Source: an uncultured Bacteroidales bacterium
Lineage (GTDB): Bacteria > Bacteroidota > Bacteroidia > Bacteroidales > FEN-979
DNA length: 64,000 nucleotides
NCBI GenBank assembly: GCA_903959905.1
Contig: CAJBYO010000007.1
Coordinates: forward strand, 8,164 to 72,163
Direction: 5' to 3'
Positions 18,579 through 30,027 of this stretch are shown one piece after another (positions within the stretch are counted from its first letter, which is position 1; every line of letters starts with the position of its first letter). The position numbers and the translations under genes are program-made. The notes below the pieces were generated by a model. The model ran no database searches. It saw only the letters and a program-made list of their open reading frames with translations, and was not told the DNA's origin.

Positions 18579-20576
18579 ATGAAAATTCGCTTATTACTGG
18601 CTGTTATCTGCTGCTCTGCCTTATTCTCGCTAAATGCCCAGGATTATTATCCCACAAGGGGATCGTCATATTGCGCCATGAAAAAGGCTGCAAACAAAAC
18701 ACTTGCACGCAAGCCACTCAACATGAATGCAAGCCCGAAACATTCATTTGATGCCATAAAATACACACTGGATGTGGACCTTTACAGCTGTTACACGGCA
18801 CCTTACCCTAAAAGTTTTACAGGATCTGTGATTGTCACGATCAAGATAGATACTGCCCTGAACAGCATTAACCTCAATGCGGAGAATTTTTCACTGCTTG
18901 TTGACTCTGTCAGGATGGCCGGAACATCCTTCACCCATGCCAGCGATATCCTCTCCATTCAGCTGAACCGGACTTACAATGCAGGAGAGACTGCCAGCAT
19001 CAAGATTTACTACCGCCACAAAAATGTACAGGATTATGCGTTTTATTCCAACAACGGCGTGGTATTTACAGACTGTGAGCCGGAAGGTGCCCGCAGGTGG
19101 TTCCCGTGCTGGGATTCCCCTGCAGACAAGGCTTTGTTCGACCTGACTGCCAATGTGAAATCAACTGTAAAACTTGGATCGAACGGCAGGCTTGCTGATT
19201 CAACCCTTGTAGGTGATGTTCTGACATATCATTGGATTTCTGACCAGAATGTGGCCACATACCTGATGGTTATTACTTCAAAGGTGAATTACCAGCTTAA
19301 TATCGGGTGGTGGCATAAGCTGAGCAATCCGGCCGACAGCATTCCGTTTAGGTATTATTTTAATCTCGGAGAGAATCCGGCTGCCATCATGGCTATAATG
19401 CCTGATATGACCACATGGTATTCCGAAAACTTTATTGAACATCCGTTTGATAAAAATGGTTTTGCCACACTTAACTCAGATTTTGCGTGGGGAGGCATGG
19501 AAAACCAGTCACTGACGAGTCTTTGTCCAGGTTGCTGGGAAGAGGGCCTTGCTGCCCACGAATTTGCCCACCAGTGGTTTGGCGACATGATCACCTGCGG
19601 CACTTGGGCGGATATATGGTTAAACGAAGGTTTTGCCACCTGGGCCGAGTCGTTCTGGTATGAAAGCTATGCAGGGTATGGCGCCTACAAATCAGATATT
19701 AACAACGATGCATCATACTACCTTTCTACAAACCCGGGTTGGGCCATTTCCGACCCTGCCTGGGCAACAACAACACCTTCTAACAACATATTATTCGACT
19801 ATTCAATTACCTACATGAAAGGCGCATGCGTGCTTCACCAGCTGAGGTATGTGCTGGGCGACTCATTGTTTTTTCAATCTTTAAAGGCTTACTGTGCCGA
19901 CTCAAACTACAAATACCATTCTGCAACCATTCCTGATTTCAATGCAAAAGTGAACGAAATCACAGGTGAAAATTACGACTGGTTCTTTAACGAATGGATT
20001 TATCAGCCGAATCATCCGATATATCAGAATACCTATAATTTTGAAGATATCGGAAACGGTCAGTGGAAGGTCAACTTTTTCACAAAGCAGGTTCAGACAA
20101 ATGCTCCGTTTTTTAAAATGCCGGTTGAGGTTTACATCAAGTTTGTTGATTTATCTGATACCACCATCCGGGTGATGAATGATGTGAACTTCCAGTCATT
20201 TTACTGGATTTTTGACAAGCAGCCGGTCTTTTTCAGGTTTGATTATGACAAGCAGATCGTTCTTAAAGGTGGCAATACGGTTGTCGGCCTCAGTGACGGC
20301 ACTCCTTTGGTGACGCCTGTTACCCTTAACCAGAACAGCCCGAATCCGGCAAACCAGTCCACCCGTATCAGCTACGATCTTGGTGAAACGATGAATGTAA
20401 AGCTTGAGATTATGGACAAACTTGGTGTGGTTGTTTTGACCCCGGTAGAAAGCCGGCAGACAGCCGGGCAGTATGACGTAAACGTCGACTGTTCAAAGCT
20501 TGCCGCCGGGAATTATTTCTATAAACTCACCTCCGGCAGCACTGTTCAGGTAAAACAGATGGTCATCATCAGGTAG
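18579..20576 (+). CDS. M1-family metallo-aminopeptidase with T9SS C-terminal sorting domain (paralog 1)
   Basis: Signal peptide. GxMEN motif WGGMENQ, zincin HEFAHQWFGD plus WLNEGFA. C-terminal NSPNPANQSTRISYDL...YFYKLTSGSTVQVKQMVIIR is a T9SS CTD. Confidence 0.88.
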   Translation: MKIRLLLAVICCSALFSLNAQDYYPTRGSSYCAMKKAANKTLARKPLNMNASPKHSFDAIKYTLDVDLYSCYTAPYPKSFTGSVIVTIKIDTALNSINLNAENFSLLVDSVRMAGTSFTHASDILSIQLNRTYNAGETASIKIYYRHKNVQDYAFYSNNGVVFTDCEPEGARRWFPCWDSPADKALFDLTANVKSTVKLGSNGRLADSTLVGDVLTYHWISDQNVATYLMVITSKVNYQLNIGWWHKLSNPADSIPFRYYFNLGENPAAIMAIMPDMTTWYSENFIEHPFDKNGFATLNSDFAWGGMENQSLTSLCPGCWEEGLAAHEFAHQWFGDMITCGTWADIWLNEGFATWAESFWYESYAGYGAYKSDINNDASYYLSTNPGWAISDPAWATTTPSNNILFDYSITYMKGACVLHQLRYVLGDSLFFQSLKAYCADSNYKYHSATIPDFNAKVNEITGENYDWFFNEWIYQPNHPIYQNTYNFEDIGNGQWKVNFFTKQVQTNAPFFKMPVEVYIKFVDLSDTTIRVMNDVNFQSFYWIFDKQPVFFRFDYDKQIVLKGGNTVVGLSDGTPLVTPVTLNQNSPNPANQSTRISYDLGETMNVKLEIMDKLGVVVLTPVESRQTAGQYDVNVDCSKLAAGNYFYKLTSGSTVQVKQMVIIR

Positions 20577-20582
20577 TAGTTT

Positions 20583-22526
20583 ATGCGGACAAATTTCTTA
20601 TTAGCCTTCTGGCTGATTATTTCATCTGTAAATGCCGGGTATACGTCGGAGGCGTTGTTGCCGACAGACACTGCGCACTTCTATACAAAGCACAGCTATG
20701 ATGTCATAAAATACCAGCTGGACGTTGACCTTTACCCCTGTTTTAAGACACCTTTTCCCAAATCATTCACAGCGTCGGAAGTTGTCACATTCAGGGTTGA
20801 TTCCGTTCTGAATAAAATTCATCTGAATGCAAACACAGCGTCAATTACAATTGATTCTGTCAGTATGGCAGGCATCTCATTTACACACCAAGCGAACCTG
20901 CTGAGTATCAGTTTAGACAGGATGTATTTGCAAAACGAGGTTGCACAGGTTAGGATTTACTACAAACACAAGAATGTTTCTGACAATGCCTTTTATGTTT
21001 CCTCCGGTTTTGTTTTTACCGATTCACCGCCGGAAGGAGCCAGAAAATGGTTGCCCAGTTGGGATCGCCCTTCCGACAAGGCATTCTGGGAACTGAGGGC
21101 CCGTGTGCCGCTTTCGGTGCGGCTTGGCTCAAACGGTGCTCTTATTGATTCGGTTATTTCTGCAGATACAATCAGTTACCACTGGAAAAGCAATATTCCT
21201 ACGGCGACCTACCTTATCTGCTTTACATCTGGGAACAACTTCCAGGTACATACTAAATACTGGCACAAACTATCGTCTGCCAATGACAGTATACCGGTAC
21301 GAATTTATTACAAGCCCGGTGAAAAACTGACAGTAATTGATACAACCATCATCCCGATAACCAATTTATACGCTGAAAAATTCGGTGATTACCCTTTTGA
21401 GAAAATTGGTTTTGCCACACTTAACGGCTCGTTTCCCTGGGGCGGAATGGAAAACCAGGGCATGGTAAACCTGATGCCGGGCGGATATTCTGACGCCAAT
21501 CTTGTTGCCCATGAACATTCTCACCAGTGGTTTGGTGACCTGATAACCTGTGGTACATGGGCTGATGTGTGGCTGAATGAAGGTTTTGCCACCTATTGTC
21601 AGAATCTGTGGGTTGAGCGCTCTGCAGGTGCTACCGCATACAGGGCAAGCATGAACACACTGGCAAATTATTACCTGGCCCATAACCCGGGCTGGCCGCT
21701 TTATCATCCGGAATGGGCCATCCACACCCCAAACGGCAATACACTGTACAACCAGGCCATTACTTACAACAAAGGAGCCTGTGTGCTGTTTCAGCTGAGG
21801 TATGTTCTGGGTGATTCCGTTTTTTTCAAGGTGATGCACGATTATGCCACCGATACATCATTCATGTATAAAAATGCATTAACCAATGATTTTACCGAAA
21901 AGGTTTCAATCTCTTCGGGATCCGACATGGGATGGTTTTTTGATGAATGGGTTTATGCCCCTAACCATCCTGTATATCAGAATACTTTTGACATAGACAG
22001 CCTGGGACCGCAATCCTGGCGTGTGTCACTGATCATCAACCAGACCCAGGCAAATCCTTCATTTTTTATAATGCCGGTGCAGATACTTGTAAGTTTTTCT
22101 GATGCCACGGATACCCTGATGCAGGTGATGAATAACATAAATCACCAGGAATTCGGATTCGTTTTTTTGAAGCAGCCGGTGAACCTTGTGTTTGACCCTT
22201 ACCGCAACATTCTGCTGAAACAGGCTGCGACCATTATGAAGGTCACTCCCTCGCCGGGGAAAAAGCTGTGCAGGCTGAACCAGAACGAGCCCAACCCGTT
22301 TAGTGTCTCAACCGGCATTTCATATGTTGTTGCCTCATCTTCAAAAGTCACCATTTCTGTTCTCGATACCAGCGGTAAAGTTGTAGATTGTCCTGTGAAC
22401 ATGGCTCATACCCCCGGTGTATACAGGTTTCTATGGAACAACCCGGGGTTGCCGGCCGGCATCTACATTATTAAACTTGAAGCCGGAACCTTGATTGAAA
22501 CGAAGAAAATGGTTATTGTAAAATAA
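20583..22526 (+). CDS. M1-family metallo-aminopeptidase with T9SS C-terminal sorting domain (paralog 2)
   Basis: Same architecture 6 nt downstream: WGGMENQ, HEHSHQWFGD, WLNEGFA. CTD is NEPNPFSVSTGISYVV...IYIIKLEAGTLIETKKMVIVK. By eye, roughly half of aligned residues match paralog 1. Confidence 0.88.
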   Translation: MRTNFLLAFWLIISSVNAGYTSEALLPTDTAHFYTKHSYDVIKYQLDVDLYPCFKTPFPKSFTASEVVTFRVDSVLNKIHLNANTASITIDSVSMAGISFTHQANLLSISLDRMYLQNEVAQVRIYYKHKNVSDNAFYVSSGFVFTDSPPEGARKWLPSWDRPSDKAFWELRARVPLSVRLGSNGALIDSVISADTISYHWKSNIPTATYLICFTSGNNFQVHTKYWHKLSSANDSIPVRIYYKPGEKLTVIDTTIIPITNLYAEKFGDYPFEKIGFATLNGSFPWGGMENQGMVNLMPGGYSDANLVAHEHSHQWFGDLITCGTWADVWLNEGFATYCQNLWVERSAGATAYRASMNTLANYYLAHNPGWPLYHPEWAIHTPNGNTLYNQAITYNKGACVLFQLRYVLGDSVFFKVMHDYATDTSFMYKNALTNDFTEKVSISSGSDMGWFFDEWVYAPNHPVYQNTFDIDSLGPQSWRVSLIINQTQANPSFFIMPVQILVSFSDATDTLMQVMNNINHQEFGFVFLKQPVNLVFDPYRNILLKQAATIMKVTPSPGKKLCRLNQNEPNPFSVSTGISYVVASSSKVTISVLDTSGKVVDCPVNMAHTPGVYRFLWNNPGLPAGIYIIKLEAGTLIETKKMVIVK

Positions 22527-22531
22527 ATAGG

Positions 22532-24997
22532 TTATTGCCTGTAACTTAATTCCAGGGGATTACTCACCTTTTCATTCAGCAGCGCAAGTTCTTTTATCTC
22601 CTGCATCTCATCAATAAAATGAAAAGTCAGGCCCTGGATATATTCAGGCTTGATCTCCTCGATGTCCTTCTTGTTCTCCTTCGACAGGATGATGTCTTTC
22701 ATGTTTGCACGGCGTGCAGCAAGCATCTTTTCCTTAATTCCGCCAACCGGAAGGACTTTCCCACGCAGCGTTATCTCTCCGGTCATCGCCAGTCGTTCAC
22801 GCACCTTGTACTGGGTAAAAGCAGATGCAAGAGCAGTAAACATGGTAATTCCCGCAGAAGGCCCGTCTTTTGGCGTTGCCCCTTCCGGTACATGGATGTG
22901 CACATTCCAGTACTGGAATACACCCGGATCTATCCCGAATATTTCTGAATGAGCTTTAAGATACGCCAGGGCAATGGATGCCGACTCTTTCATGACATCG
23001 CCAAGGTTGCCGGTGAGGGTGAGGTCTCCCTTCCCCCTGCTGAGGCTGACCTCGATAAAAAGAATTTCTCCCCCGGCCATGGTCCATGCCAGGCCGGTAA
23101 CCACTCCTGCGACTTCATTTGTGATGGATTTTTCTGCCTGGAAGATCGGGATGCCCATGATCTTTTTAATGTCGGCATCAGATAACTTCCTGTTGAACTT
23201 TTCACTGGAAACAATAGCCCTCACTTTACTCCTGATCACCTTTGCGATGCTCTTCTCAAGCATGCGAACACCCGACTCCCTTGTGTAATCTTCAATAATC
23301 CGTGTGATCAGTTCATCGCTGAACTGAACCTGATTTTTTTTAACGCCATGGTCAAGCAATTGCTTTGGTAACAGGTGACGCTTTGCAATCTCCACTTTTT
23401 CCTCAACGAGGTATCCGGGAATATCGATAATTTCCATCCTGTCCCGCAGTGCCGGATGGATGGTGCTTAAGGTGTTAGCTGTTGCAATGAACATGATCCT
23501 GGAAAGATCGTATTCTATCTCCAGGTAATTGTCGTAGAAAGTGCTGTTCTGTTCGGGGTCAAGTACTTCAAGTAATGCTGCCTGTGGATCTCCGTTGATG
23601 TTCATTCCCATCACCTTATCAATCTCATCAAGGACAAATACAGGGTTTGAACTTTTCGTCTTTTTAAGGCTCTGAAGAATCCTGCCTGGCATAGCACCGA
23701 TGTATGTTTTACGGTGGCCGCGGAGTTCCGATTCATCACGCAATCCACCCAGTGACATCCTGATATATTTTCTGCCCAAAGCCCTGGCTATGCTCTTTCC
23801 CAGTGATGTTTTTCCAACCCCCGGAGGGCCAACAAGGCACAAAATAGGTGATTTCAGGTCGCGCTTGAGTTTGATGACTGCAAGGTGTTCAATAATGCGT
23901 TCCTTCACCTTATCCAGCCCGAAATGGTCTTCATCAAGCACCTGCTGTGCATGATGCAGGTCAAGGTTATCCGGTGTAAATTCATTCCAGGGCAGTTGAA
24001 CCAGCGTTTCGAGGTAGTTGGTCTGAATGGAATATTCGGCCGCCATGGGGTGCATGCGCTGAAGCTTATTCATCTCCTTTTCAAACACCTCGCTCACCTC
24101 TTTTGACCATTTTTTGCCTTTGGCCTGCTCGCGCAGTGCATTGATCTCCTGGGAATTCGGGCTGCCCCCTAGTTCTTCCTGGATTGTTTTAAGTTGCTGG
24201 TTCAACAGGAAGTCGCGCTGTTGCTTGTCAAGATCGGTTTTCACCTTGTTCTGAATCTGCTGTTTCAGGTCGGCAACCTGCAACTCCTTGGTAAGCAGAC
24301 TTAGCACCAGATTGGCACATTCTTCGATTCCTGCGATTTCAAGCAGTTTTTGTTTTTCCGAAAGGTCAACATTCAGATTTGATGATATAAAGTGAACAAG
24401 GAAGGAGGGTGATTCAATGTTCTTGATTGCAAATGCAGCTTCAGAAGGGATATTGGGTGATTTGGCAATGATCTGAACGGCAAGGTCTTTGAGCGAGGCT
24501 ATAAGCGCGCTGAACTCTCCATTGTCGTTCGGGATTACCACAGGTGCTTCAAAAGCAGTGACGGAGGCCATGATGTATGGTTCCGACTGGATCATTTCGT
24601 TGATGGAGAAGCGCCTTTTTCCCTGGATGATAGCCGTATTGCTGCCATCCGGCATTTGAAGTATCTTGATAATATACGCAACTGTCCCGATGGTATTCAG
24701 GTCGGCAAACTCCGGATCTTCCACATTGGCATCTTTCTGGGCAACCACACCGATGGTCCTGGTTCCCTTGTAAAACTCGCGGATCAGTTTGATGGATTTG
24801 TCGCGGCCAACTGTAATGGGGATTACAACCCCGGGAAACAGCACGGTATTGCGCAATGGGAGAATGGGAAGCACCTCGGGTACTTCCTCAGTATTCATTG
24901 TTTCTTCATCCTCCGATGAAAGTAATGGTATGAATTCGGTTTCTGAATCAATCAGGTCAGAAAATATCAACGCGTCATGTTCCATCATGTTCTGCAT
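22532..24997 (-). CDS. lon: ATP-dependent endopeptidase Lon
   Basis: LON N-domain, Walker [10 protein letters not shown], proteolytic [10 protein letters not shown] serine motif. 821 aa. Confidence 0.96.
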   Translation of the reverse strand: MQNMMEHDALIFSDLIDSETEFIPLLSSEDEETMNTEEVPEVLPILPLRNTVLFPGVVIPITVGRDKSIKLIREFYKGTRTIGVVAQKDANVEDPEFADLNTIGTVAYIIKILQMPDGSNTAIIQGKRRFSINEMIQSEPYIMASVTAFEAPVVIPNDNGEFSALIASLKDLAVQIIAKSPNIPSEAAFAIKNIESPSFLVHFISSNLNVDLSEKQKLLEIAGIEECANLVLSLLTKELQVADLKQQIQNKVKTDLDKQQRDFLLNQQLKTIQEELGGSPNSQEINALREQAKGKKWSKEVSEVFEKEMNKLQRMHPMAAEYSIQTNYLETLVQLPWNEFTPDNLDLHHAQQVLDEDHFGLDKVKERIIEHLAVIKLKRDLKSPILCLVGPPGVGKTSLGKSIARALGRKYIRMSLGGLRDESELRGHRKTYIGAMPGRILQSLKKTKSSNPVFVLDEIDKVMGMNINGDPQAALLEVLDPEQNSTFYDNYLEIEYDLSRIMFIATANTLSTIHPALRDRMEIIDIPGYLVEEKVEIAKRHLLPKQLLDHGVKKNQVQFSDELITRIIEDYTRESGVRMLEKSIAKVIRSKVRAIVSSEKFNRKLSDADIKKIMGIPIFQAEKSITNEVAGVVTGLAWTMAGGEILFIEVSLSRGKGDLTLTGNLGDVMKESASIALAYLKAHSEIFGIDPGVFQYWNVHIHVPEGATPKDGPSAGITMFTALASAFTQYKVRERLAMTGEITLRGKVLPVGGIKEKMLAARRANMKDIILSKENKKDIEEIKPEYIQGLTFHFIDEMQEIKELALLNEKVSNPLELSYRQ

Positions 24998-25091
24998 AAA
25001 ATCATAAAAGGTGAAAAGGTAACAAGTCCTGATATAACTTCAGGAACTGCAGGTGTGACAATAAATGTGCCAAGAAATTCCTGACGGTTGG

Positions 25092-26282
25092 TTAGAGGTA
25101 TTTGTTCTTCAGGGTTATTGTGTAAACGCTGGTAAGCAGATCCCTTTCCACATCGTCAAACGTGCGCTTCCGCCGTTTGAAAACAATTTCGGCCACCTCC
25201 ATTGCCTTTTTGACACTGTAGTTGGTATGACCAGCGGTTCCGCCCCAGGAAAAGGATGGAATAAAATTTCTTTGAAAACCGGAACCAAAGATATTGGCGC
25301 TGACGCCTACAACTGTACCTGTGTTGAACATTGTGTCGATGGCACATTTGGAATGGTCGCCCATGATCAGTCCGCAAAATTGCAGGTGTGTGTTGACAAA
25401 GGTCTGTTTGGCGTAGCTCCAGAGGCGCACATTGTCGTAGGTATTTTTCAGGTTCGAGGTGTTGGTGTCTGCACCCAGGTTGCACCACTCCCCTATTACA
25501 GAATGGCCAAGGAATCCGTCGTGTGCTTTATTGGAATATCCGAATAACACCGAATTGTTTAATTCTCCGCCAACCCGGCAGAACGGCCCGACGGTGGTTG
25601 GTCCGTAAATTTTGGCAGCCATTTTTACAACTGCACCTTCGCACAGGGCAAATGGTCCCCTGATGGCTGCACCTTCCATGATTTCTGCGTCCTTTCCGAT
25701 ATAAATAGGACCTTCAGTTGCATTTAATATGGCAAATTCAACAATAGCCCCTTTTTCAACAAATATTTTATCGCCGCCAAGCACCCTGTTGGTCTCGCTC
25801 AGCTTTTGTGATTTTCTTCCTTTTGTAAGTAATTCAAAGTCTTCAACCAGGGCTGTCTCATTTTTGGAGAAGATCTCCCAGGTGTGGCTGATCTTGAGGG
25901 GCGCTTCATTGACCTGGATCTCTTCAATCCCTTCCGATGATGTATCTCCGACGTTGTCAAGATCTTCAGCGGTTACATGCAGGGCTATTATCGTGTCTTT
26001 ATAGGCAATTGTCTGATTTGGTTTCAGCTTTTTAATGGCGGCAATAATTTCATCATTAGGGCAGATTGAACCGTTTATCAGAACATTCTCAGCCATTTTA
26101 ACAATGGGGAATTTTCCACTGAGATAGCCATCCGTCAGGGAAGATGTTGGCGCCTTAAGCCTCTTTTCCCATTTTTCGCGTATGGTCAGAATTCCGACCC
26201 TGATATCAGAAACAGGCCGTGTAAAGGTTAGTGGCAGCAGATTTGTGCGGACAATACTTTCATCAAAGAGTATGTAGTTCAT
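25092..26282 (-). CDS. GlmU-family putative sugar-nucleotidyltransferase with left-handed beta-helix (hexapeptide) domain
   Basis: N-terminus MNYILFDE...LLPLTFTRPVSDIRVGILT, then hexapeptide-repeat-like C-terminal half (GAIVE.., GAAIRG.., GAVVK..). Confidence 0.65.
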   Translation of the reverse strand: MNYILFDESIVRTNLLPLTFTRPVSDIRVGILTIREKWEKRLKAPTSSLTDGYLSGKFPIVKMAENVLINGSICPNDEIIAAIKKLKPNQTIAYKDTIIALHVTAEDLDNVGDTSSEGIEEIQVNEAPLKISHTWEIFSKNETALVEDFELLTKGRKSQKLSETNRVLGGDKIFVEKGAIVEFAILNATEGPIYIGKDAEIMEGAAIRGPFALCEGAVVKMAAKIYGPTTVGPFCRVGGELNNSVLFGYSNKAHDGFLGHSVIGEWCNLGADTNTSNLKNTYDNVRLWSYAKQTFVNTHLQFCGLIMGDHSKCAIDTMFNTGTVVGVSANIFGSGFQRNFIPSFSWGGTAGHTNYSVKKAMEVAEIVFKRRKRTFDDVERDLLTSVYTITLKNKYL

Positions 26283-26349
26283 CTTATGACAGGGTTATGA
26301 AAACGCGGTTATCAATGGTTCATCCTTGCAAAAATAGGAAATAAAACAA

Positions 26350-26383
26350 ATAAAAAAGAGCCCCGACAGAAAAAGGAGGCTCT
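26350..26383 (-). terminator. rho-independent terminator downstream of rpmE2
   Basis: Minus-strand RNA AGAGCCUC-(11-nt loop)-GGGGCUCU forms an 8-bp stem including one G-U pair, followed by UUUUUUAU. Located 24 nt after the L31 stop. Confidence 0.6.
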
Positions 26384-26406
26384 TTGAAGAATATTGTTGA
26401 GGTAAT

Positions 26407-26679
26407 TTATTTACCTGCGGCGTTCCGGTCAATATGTTTCTGATACCTGCTTTTGAATTTATCAACACGACCTGCAGTATCAACCAGTTTCATTTTACCT
26501 GTGTAGAAAGGATGTGAGGTGTGAGAAATTTCCAGTTTAATCAACGGATACTCAACTCCATCTTCCCAAACGATCGATTCTTTTGTTTTTACGGTTGATT
26601 TTGAGAGAAATGTGTATTCGTTTGACATATCTTTGAATACAACCAGCCGGTAGTCTTTAGGATGAATATCTTTTTTCAT
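26407..26679 (-). CDS. rpmE2: 50S ribosomal protein L31, type B
   Basis: [10 protein letters not shown]...SHPFYTGK...DTAGRVDKF, and it lacks the CxxC zinc motif of type A. Confidence 0.92.
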   Translation of the reverse strand: MKKDIHPKDYRLVVFKDMSNEYTFLSKSTVKTKESIVWEDGVEYPLIKLEISHTSHPFYTGKMKLVDTAGRVDKFKSRYQKHIDRNAAGK

Positions 26680-26745
26680 TGAAATGAATTTTTATGAGGG
26701 TGCAAAAGTAAGCATTATAAATTGATTTACAAAGAATTTTTCGCA

Positions 26746-27792
26746 TCATTGTAAAGAAATTAAAAACTCCAGGGTGTCAACACCGTCGGCATAATCCCAT
26801 AATGCCGGTTTCTGGGCTTCCCCGGGAAGCAACGTGCTGAACGGCAGGGCCATATTTGAAACGATACACTGAATTGACTGAAGGGTTTCACGGATATCGG
26901 AAATGATTCCCTCGGTTTTTTCATATTGCTCATAATTCAGCATGGCTATGCGTGAAGCCAGCTGCCGTTCTTCTTTCAGCAGGATAAAGCCGGTATCGGT
27001 TACCGGCAACTGGCTGACCATGTAGATGGACCTGTTGTAGTCATAGTTATTCCTGTATTTATGGTGATCGGCATAAAACTGATACTTCGCCAGTGCATTG
27101 ATCAGCAGAGTAAAGTCATAGCCTGCCGGCACATAAACCTTGGAAACGCTCCTGCAGCCCATGCCAAAATAGAGCATGATGTCGTCTGCCAGGTTACGAA
27201 GGTCATCAGCAGTTTCAAAGCCATTCAGTATGGCAATACTGTTCCTGTTCCTTCGGATGATATTAGGCACCCTGCCAAAGTAAAACTCAAAATACCGTGA
27301 GCTATTGTCGCTCCCGGTTGCGATGACGGCATCGAAATTCTCCAGTTTCCCGTTGGTGAAAGTGATGAATTCCTGCCATTCGGGCATGTTGCCGATCAAC
27401 AGTGCCGCTATTGCCGGTAAAATCCGGTCGTCGGAGGAGGAAAGCTTGGCAAGCAGTTTATGACCGGAAAGCAATACACAAAGAAAATCGTGAAATCCCA
27501 CTGCAGGGATGTTCCCTGCCATAACGACCCCGACAGTCTTCGGGGATTTTACCTGTTCAATACCTGCTGCGTAAACCAACAGCCACTGTTGCAGAGATTC
27601 ATGGGTAAGCGAAGATCCAAGGTTATTTAAAGCAGTGCGTATAATCTCAGGGGTGAACCACCCGTTTCGCTGAGATGCAAGACCGGCAGCAACGACCAGC
27701 GACTGCAGCTCCGGATCATTGCAATTTTCATGATACATACGGAGTTTATTCCCCAGCCAGGCAAACGAAGAGATACGGTCGTGCAGGTTCAT
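26746..27792 (-). CDS. acyl-CoA reductase (LuxC-like) family protein
   Basis: 348-aa protein resembling the Bacteroidota LuxC-like acyl-CoA reductase family that commonly sits near serC/serA. The call is from memory of that family's N-terminal pattern and synteny. Confidence 0.5.
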   Translation of the reverse strand: MNLHDRISSFAWLGNKLRMYHENCNDPELQSLVVAAGLASQRNGWFTPEIIRTALNNLGSSLTHESLQQWLLVYAAGIEQVKSPKTVGVVMAGNIPAVGFHDFLCVLLSGHKLLAKLSSSDDRILPAIAALLIGNMPEWQEFITFTNGKLENFDAVIATGSDNSSRYFEFYFGRVPNIIRRNRNSIAILNGFETADDLRNLADDIMLYFGMGCRSVSKVYVPAGYDFTLLINALAKYQFYADHHKYRNNYDYNRSIYMVSQLPVTDTGFILLKEERQLASRIAMLNYEQYEKTEGIISDIRETLQSIQCIVSNMALPFSTLLPGEAQKPALWDYADGVDTLEFLISLQ

Positions 27793-27891
27793 GAGCTGTT
27801 TTTCTGCAAATGTAATTCAATAATATGTTGGTCTTCGTCCCATCTGACCGGAATTATGACTCAAGAGTGCCAAAGTGCGGAGCTTAGTCGT

Positions 27892-27899
27892 TACCTTTG
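27892..27899 (+). promoter_or_regulatory. candidate -7 promoter element (TACCTTTG)
   Basis: Exact TAnnTTTG match 40 nt upstream of the ATG at 27939. Confidence 0.35.
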
Positions 27900-27938
27900 C
27901 ATGCCCTGGAGGGAAATTCATGAGCAAATAGATTTCAA

Positions 27939-28853
27939 ATGACATTCCGGCATATCTTTTACTGTTTCTTGATGCTGTGTACTGCTTTAATATACAGTCC
28001 TGCTAGCGGGCTCAATTTTCATGACCCAAAGGAAGCCGAAGACTCACTTTCTGCGATCCTTTCAAACCTCAACAAGGCACAGAACGACAGCGTTAAGCAA
28101 TTATTGAACCATTCGTTTTTCCTTACGCTCCGGGCAGTACTTGAAATGCCTTCAGCCGATCAATACCCGTTTGATTCGTTAAAGACCCTGGTCAAACTTG
28201 AATCACCTGACCATAAATTCCGCATATTTCACTGGAACCTTCCAAACGCAGCAGGGCATCATCAGTATTACGGGTTCTTGAAAGTGCTGCATCATGACCC
28301 GCCCCTTGTTTTTGAGCTGAAAGATAAATCGGATTCAATACCCGATCCTGATACCGTGCTCCTTGACAATACTCAATGGTTCGGATCTCTCTATTATAAG
28401 GTAATCCCTCTTGAAACTGCAGGAGATGACACGGTATACACCCTTCTTGGATGGTCGGGGAAGAATACGACCATCACCCGGAAAGTGATTGAGGTACTTT
28501 CCTTTGGTCATAATGACCGTCCTTATTTTGGAAAGAAAATCTTTCAAAACTATCCGGGCCTGAACCAGACCAGGATTATTTTTCGTTATGCAGCAACGAC
28601 GAGTATGTCTCTTAAACTTGAAAACAAGGTTGTCACTGTAAAAAAGGGCTGGAACAGTAAAAAACGTGTTTTTGAAACTGCTCCAGTGGAGGTCATGATG
28701 ATTGTATTTGACAGGATGATGCCCCTTGACCCGCAATTGCAGGGTCAGTACCAGTTTTATGTACCCGAAGGCGATATATGCGATGGTTTTGCATATATTA
28801 ATAAAGGGTGGTCATTCATGACATCAGTGGGCACCCGGAATGAAAAAAAATGA
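27939..28853 (+). CDS. hypothetical secreted protein
   Basis: The hydrophobic N-terminus (FYCFLMLCTALIYSPASG) looks like a signal peptide. No recognisable motif. Confidence 0.55.
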   Translation: MTFRHIFYCFLMLCTALIYSPASGLNFHDPKEAEDSLSAILSNLNKAQNDSVKQLLNHSFFLTLRAVLEMPSADQYPFDSLKTLVKLESPDHKFRIFHWNLPNAAGHHQYYGFLKVLHHDPPLVFELKDKSDSIPDPDTVLLDNTQWFGSLYYKVIPLETAGDDTVYTLLGWSGKNTTITRKVIEVLSFGHNDRPYFGKKIFQNYPGLNQTRIIFRYAATTSMSLKLENKVVTVKKGWNSKKRVFETAPVEVMMIVFDRMMPLDPQLQGQYQFYVPEGDICDGFAYINKGWSFMTSVGTRNEKK

Positions 28854-28956
28854 ATATTTATTTTTTTTGAAATCACACGGAAATTTGTTTACTTTGTTAC
28901 CTTGTTCAGACAATGCTAAATCATTCACAGCAACACTAACTTAAACTACATTTCAT

Positions 28957-30027
28957 ATGAAAAAGCACAATTTCAGCGCAGGTCCCTCCATTTTACCTCG
29001 TATTGCTCTCGAAAACTCAGCCAAAGCTATTCTTGACCTGAATGGTATTGGCCTTTCCTTATTAGAGATATCCCATCGCAGTAAAGATTTCCAGGCAGTA
29101 CTTGACGAAACGGTAGCCCTGTTTCATGAACTGCTCAATATTCCTGCAGGTTACCAGGTGATTTTTCTCGGAGGGGGTGCCAGTTTGCAATTTTGCATGA
29201 TCCCTTACAATTTTCTTAACAGGAAAGCAGCTTATCTTGAAACAGGTGTCTGGGCTCAGAAAGCCATTAAAGAAGCAAAGTTTTTTGGAGAAGTGGACGT
29301 TGTCGCTTCTTCCGGTGACAGGAACTTCTGCTATATCCCAAAAGGTTACAGCATCCCTGCAGATGCCGATTATTTCCACATTACAACTAATAATACCATC
29401 TACGGTTCAGAGATACGCTACGATATTGACAGTCCGGTCCCCCTGATTGCGGATATGTCGTCCGACATTCTCAGCCGCCCGATTGATGTTTCAAAATATT
29501 CCATGATCTATGGCGGAGCACAGAAGAACCTTGGCCCTGCCGGTGTTACCTTCGTGATCCTGAAGGAAGATATGCTTGGCAAAGCAGAGCGGAAAATCCC
29601 AACCATGCTCAATTACGCCACCCATACCAAAGAACCTTCCCTGTACAATACCCCTCCTGTATTTGCAATTTATACCTGCCTGGAAACGCTGCGCTGGATC
29701 AAAGGGCTTGGCGGTGTTAAGGTGATTGAAGCTATGAATAATGCCAAGGCAAAGCTATTATACGATGCCATTGACAACAGCAGGATGTTTGTCGGAACAG
29801 TTGATAAAGACAGCCGTTCCATCATGAATATCTGCTTTGTCATGAAGGAACAGTACCAAGACAAGGAAGATGCCTTTATGGAATTGGCCAAAACAAAGGG
29901 CATGATCGGCATCAAAGGACACAGGTCAGTTGGTGGTTTCAGGGCATCAACCTACAATGCACTTCCGATAGAAAGTGTTCAGGCCCTTGTGGATGCCATG
30001 CAGGAATTCGAAAAGACAAACGCATAA
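28957..30027 (+). CDS. serC: 3-phosphoserine / phosphohydroxythreonine aminotransferase
   Basis: [14 protein letters not shown] start and [14 protein letters not shown]-lysine motif. 356 aa. Confidence 0.93.
   Translation: MKKHNFSAGPSILPRIALENSAKAILDLNGIGLSLLEISHRSKDFQAVLDETVALFHELLNIPAGYQVIFLGGGASLQFCMIPYNFLNRKAAYLETGVWAQKAIKEAKFFGEVDVVASSGDRNFCYIPKGYSIPADADYFHITTNNTIYGSEIRYDIDSPVPLIADMSSDILSRPIDVSKYSMIYGGAQKNLGPAGVTFVILKEDMLGKAERKIPTMLNYATHTKEPSLYNTPPVFAIYTCLETLRWIKGLGGVKVIEAMNNAKAKLLYDAIDNSRMFVGTVDKDSRSIMNICFVMKEQYQDKEDAFMELAKTKGMIGIKGHRSVGGFRASTYNALPIESVQALVDAMQEFEKTNA

Noticed and set aside
26295-26483. 62-aa minus-strand ORF overlapping the L31 3' end and its terminator
   Set aside because: It overlaps rpmE2 in another frame and spans the terminator hairpin. 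There is no coding evidence.
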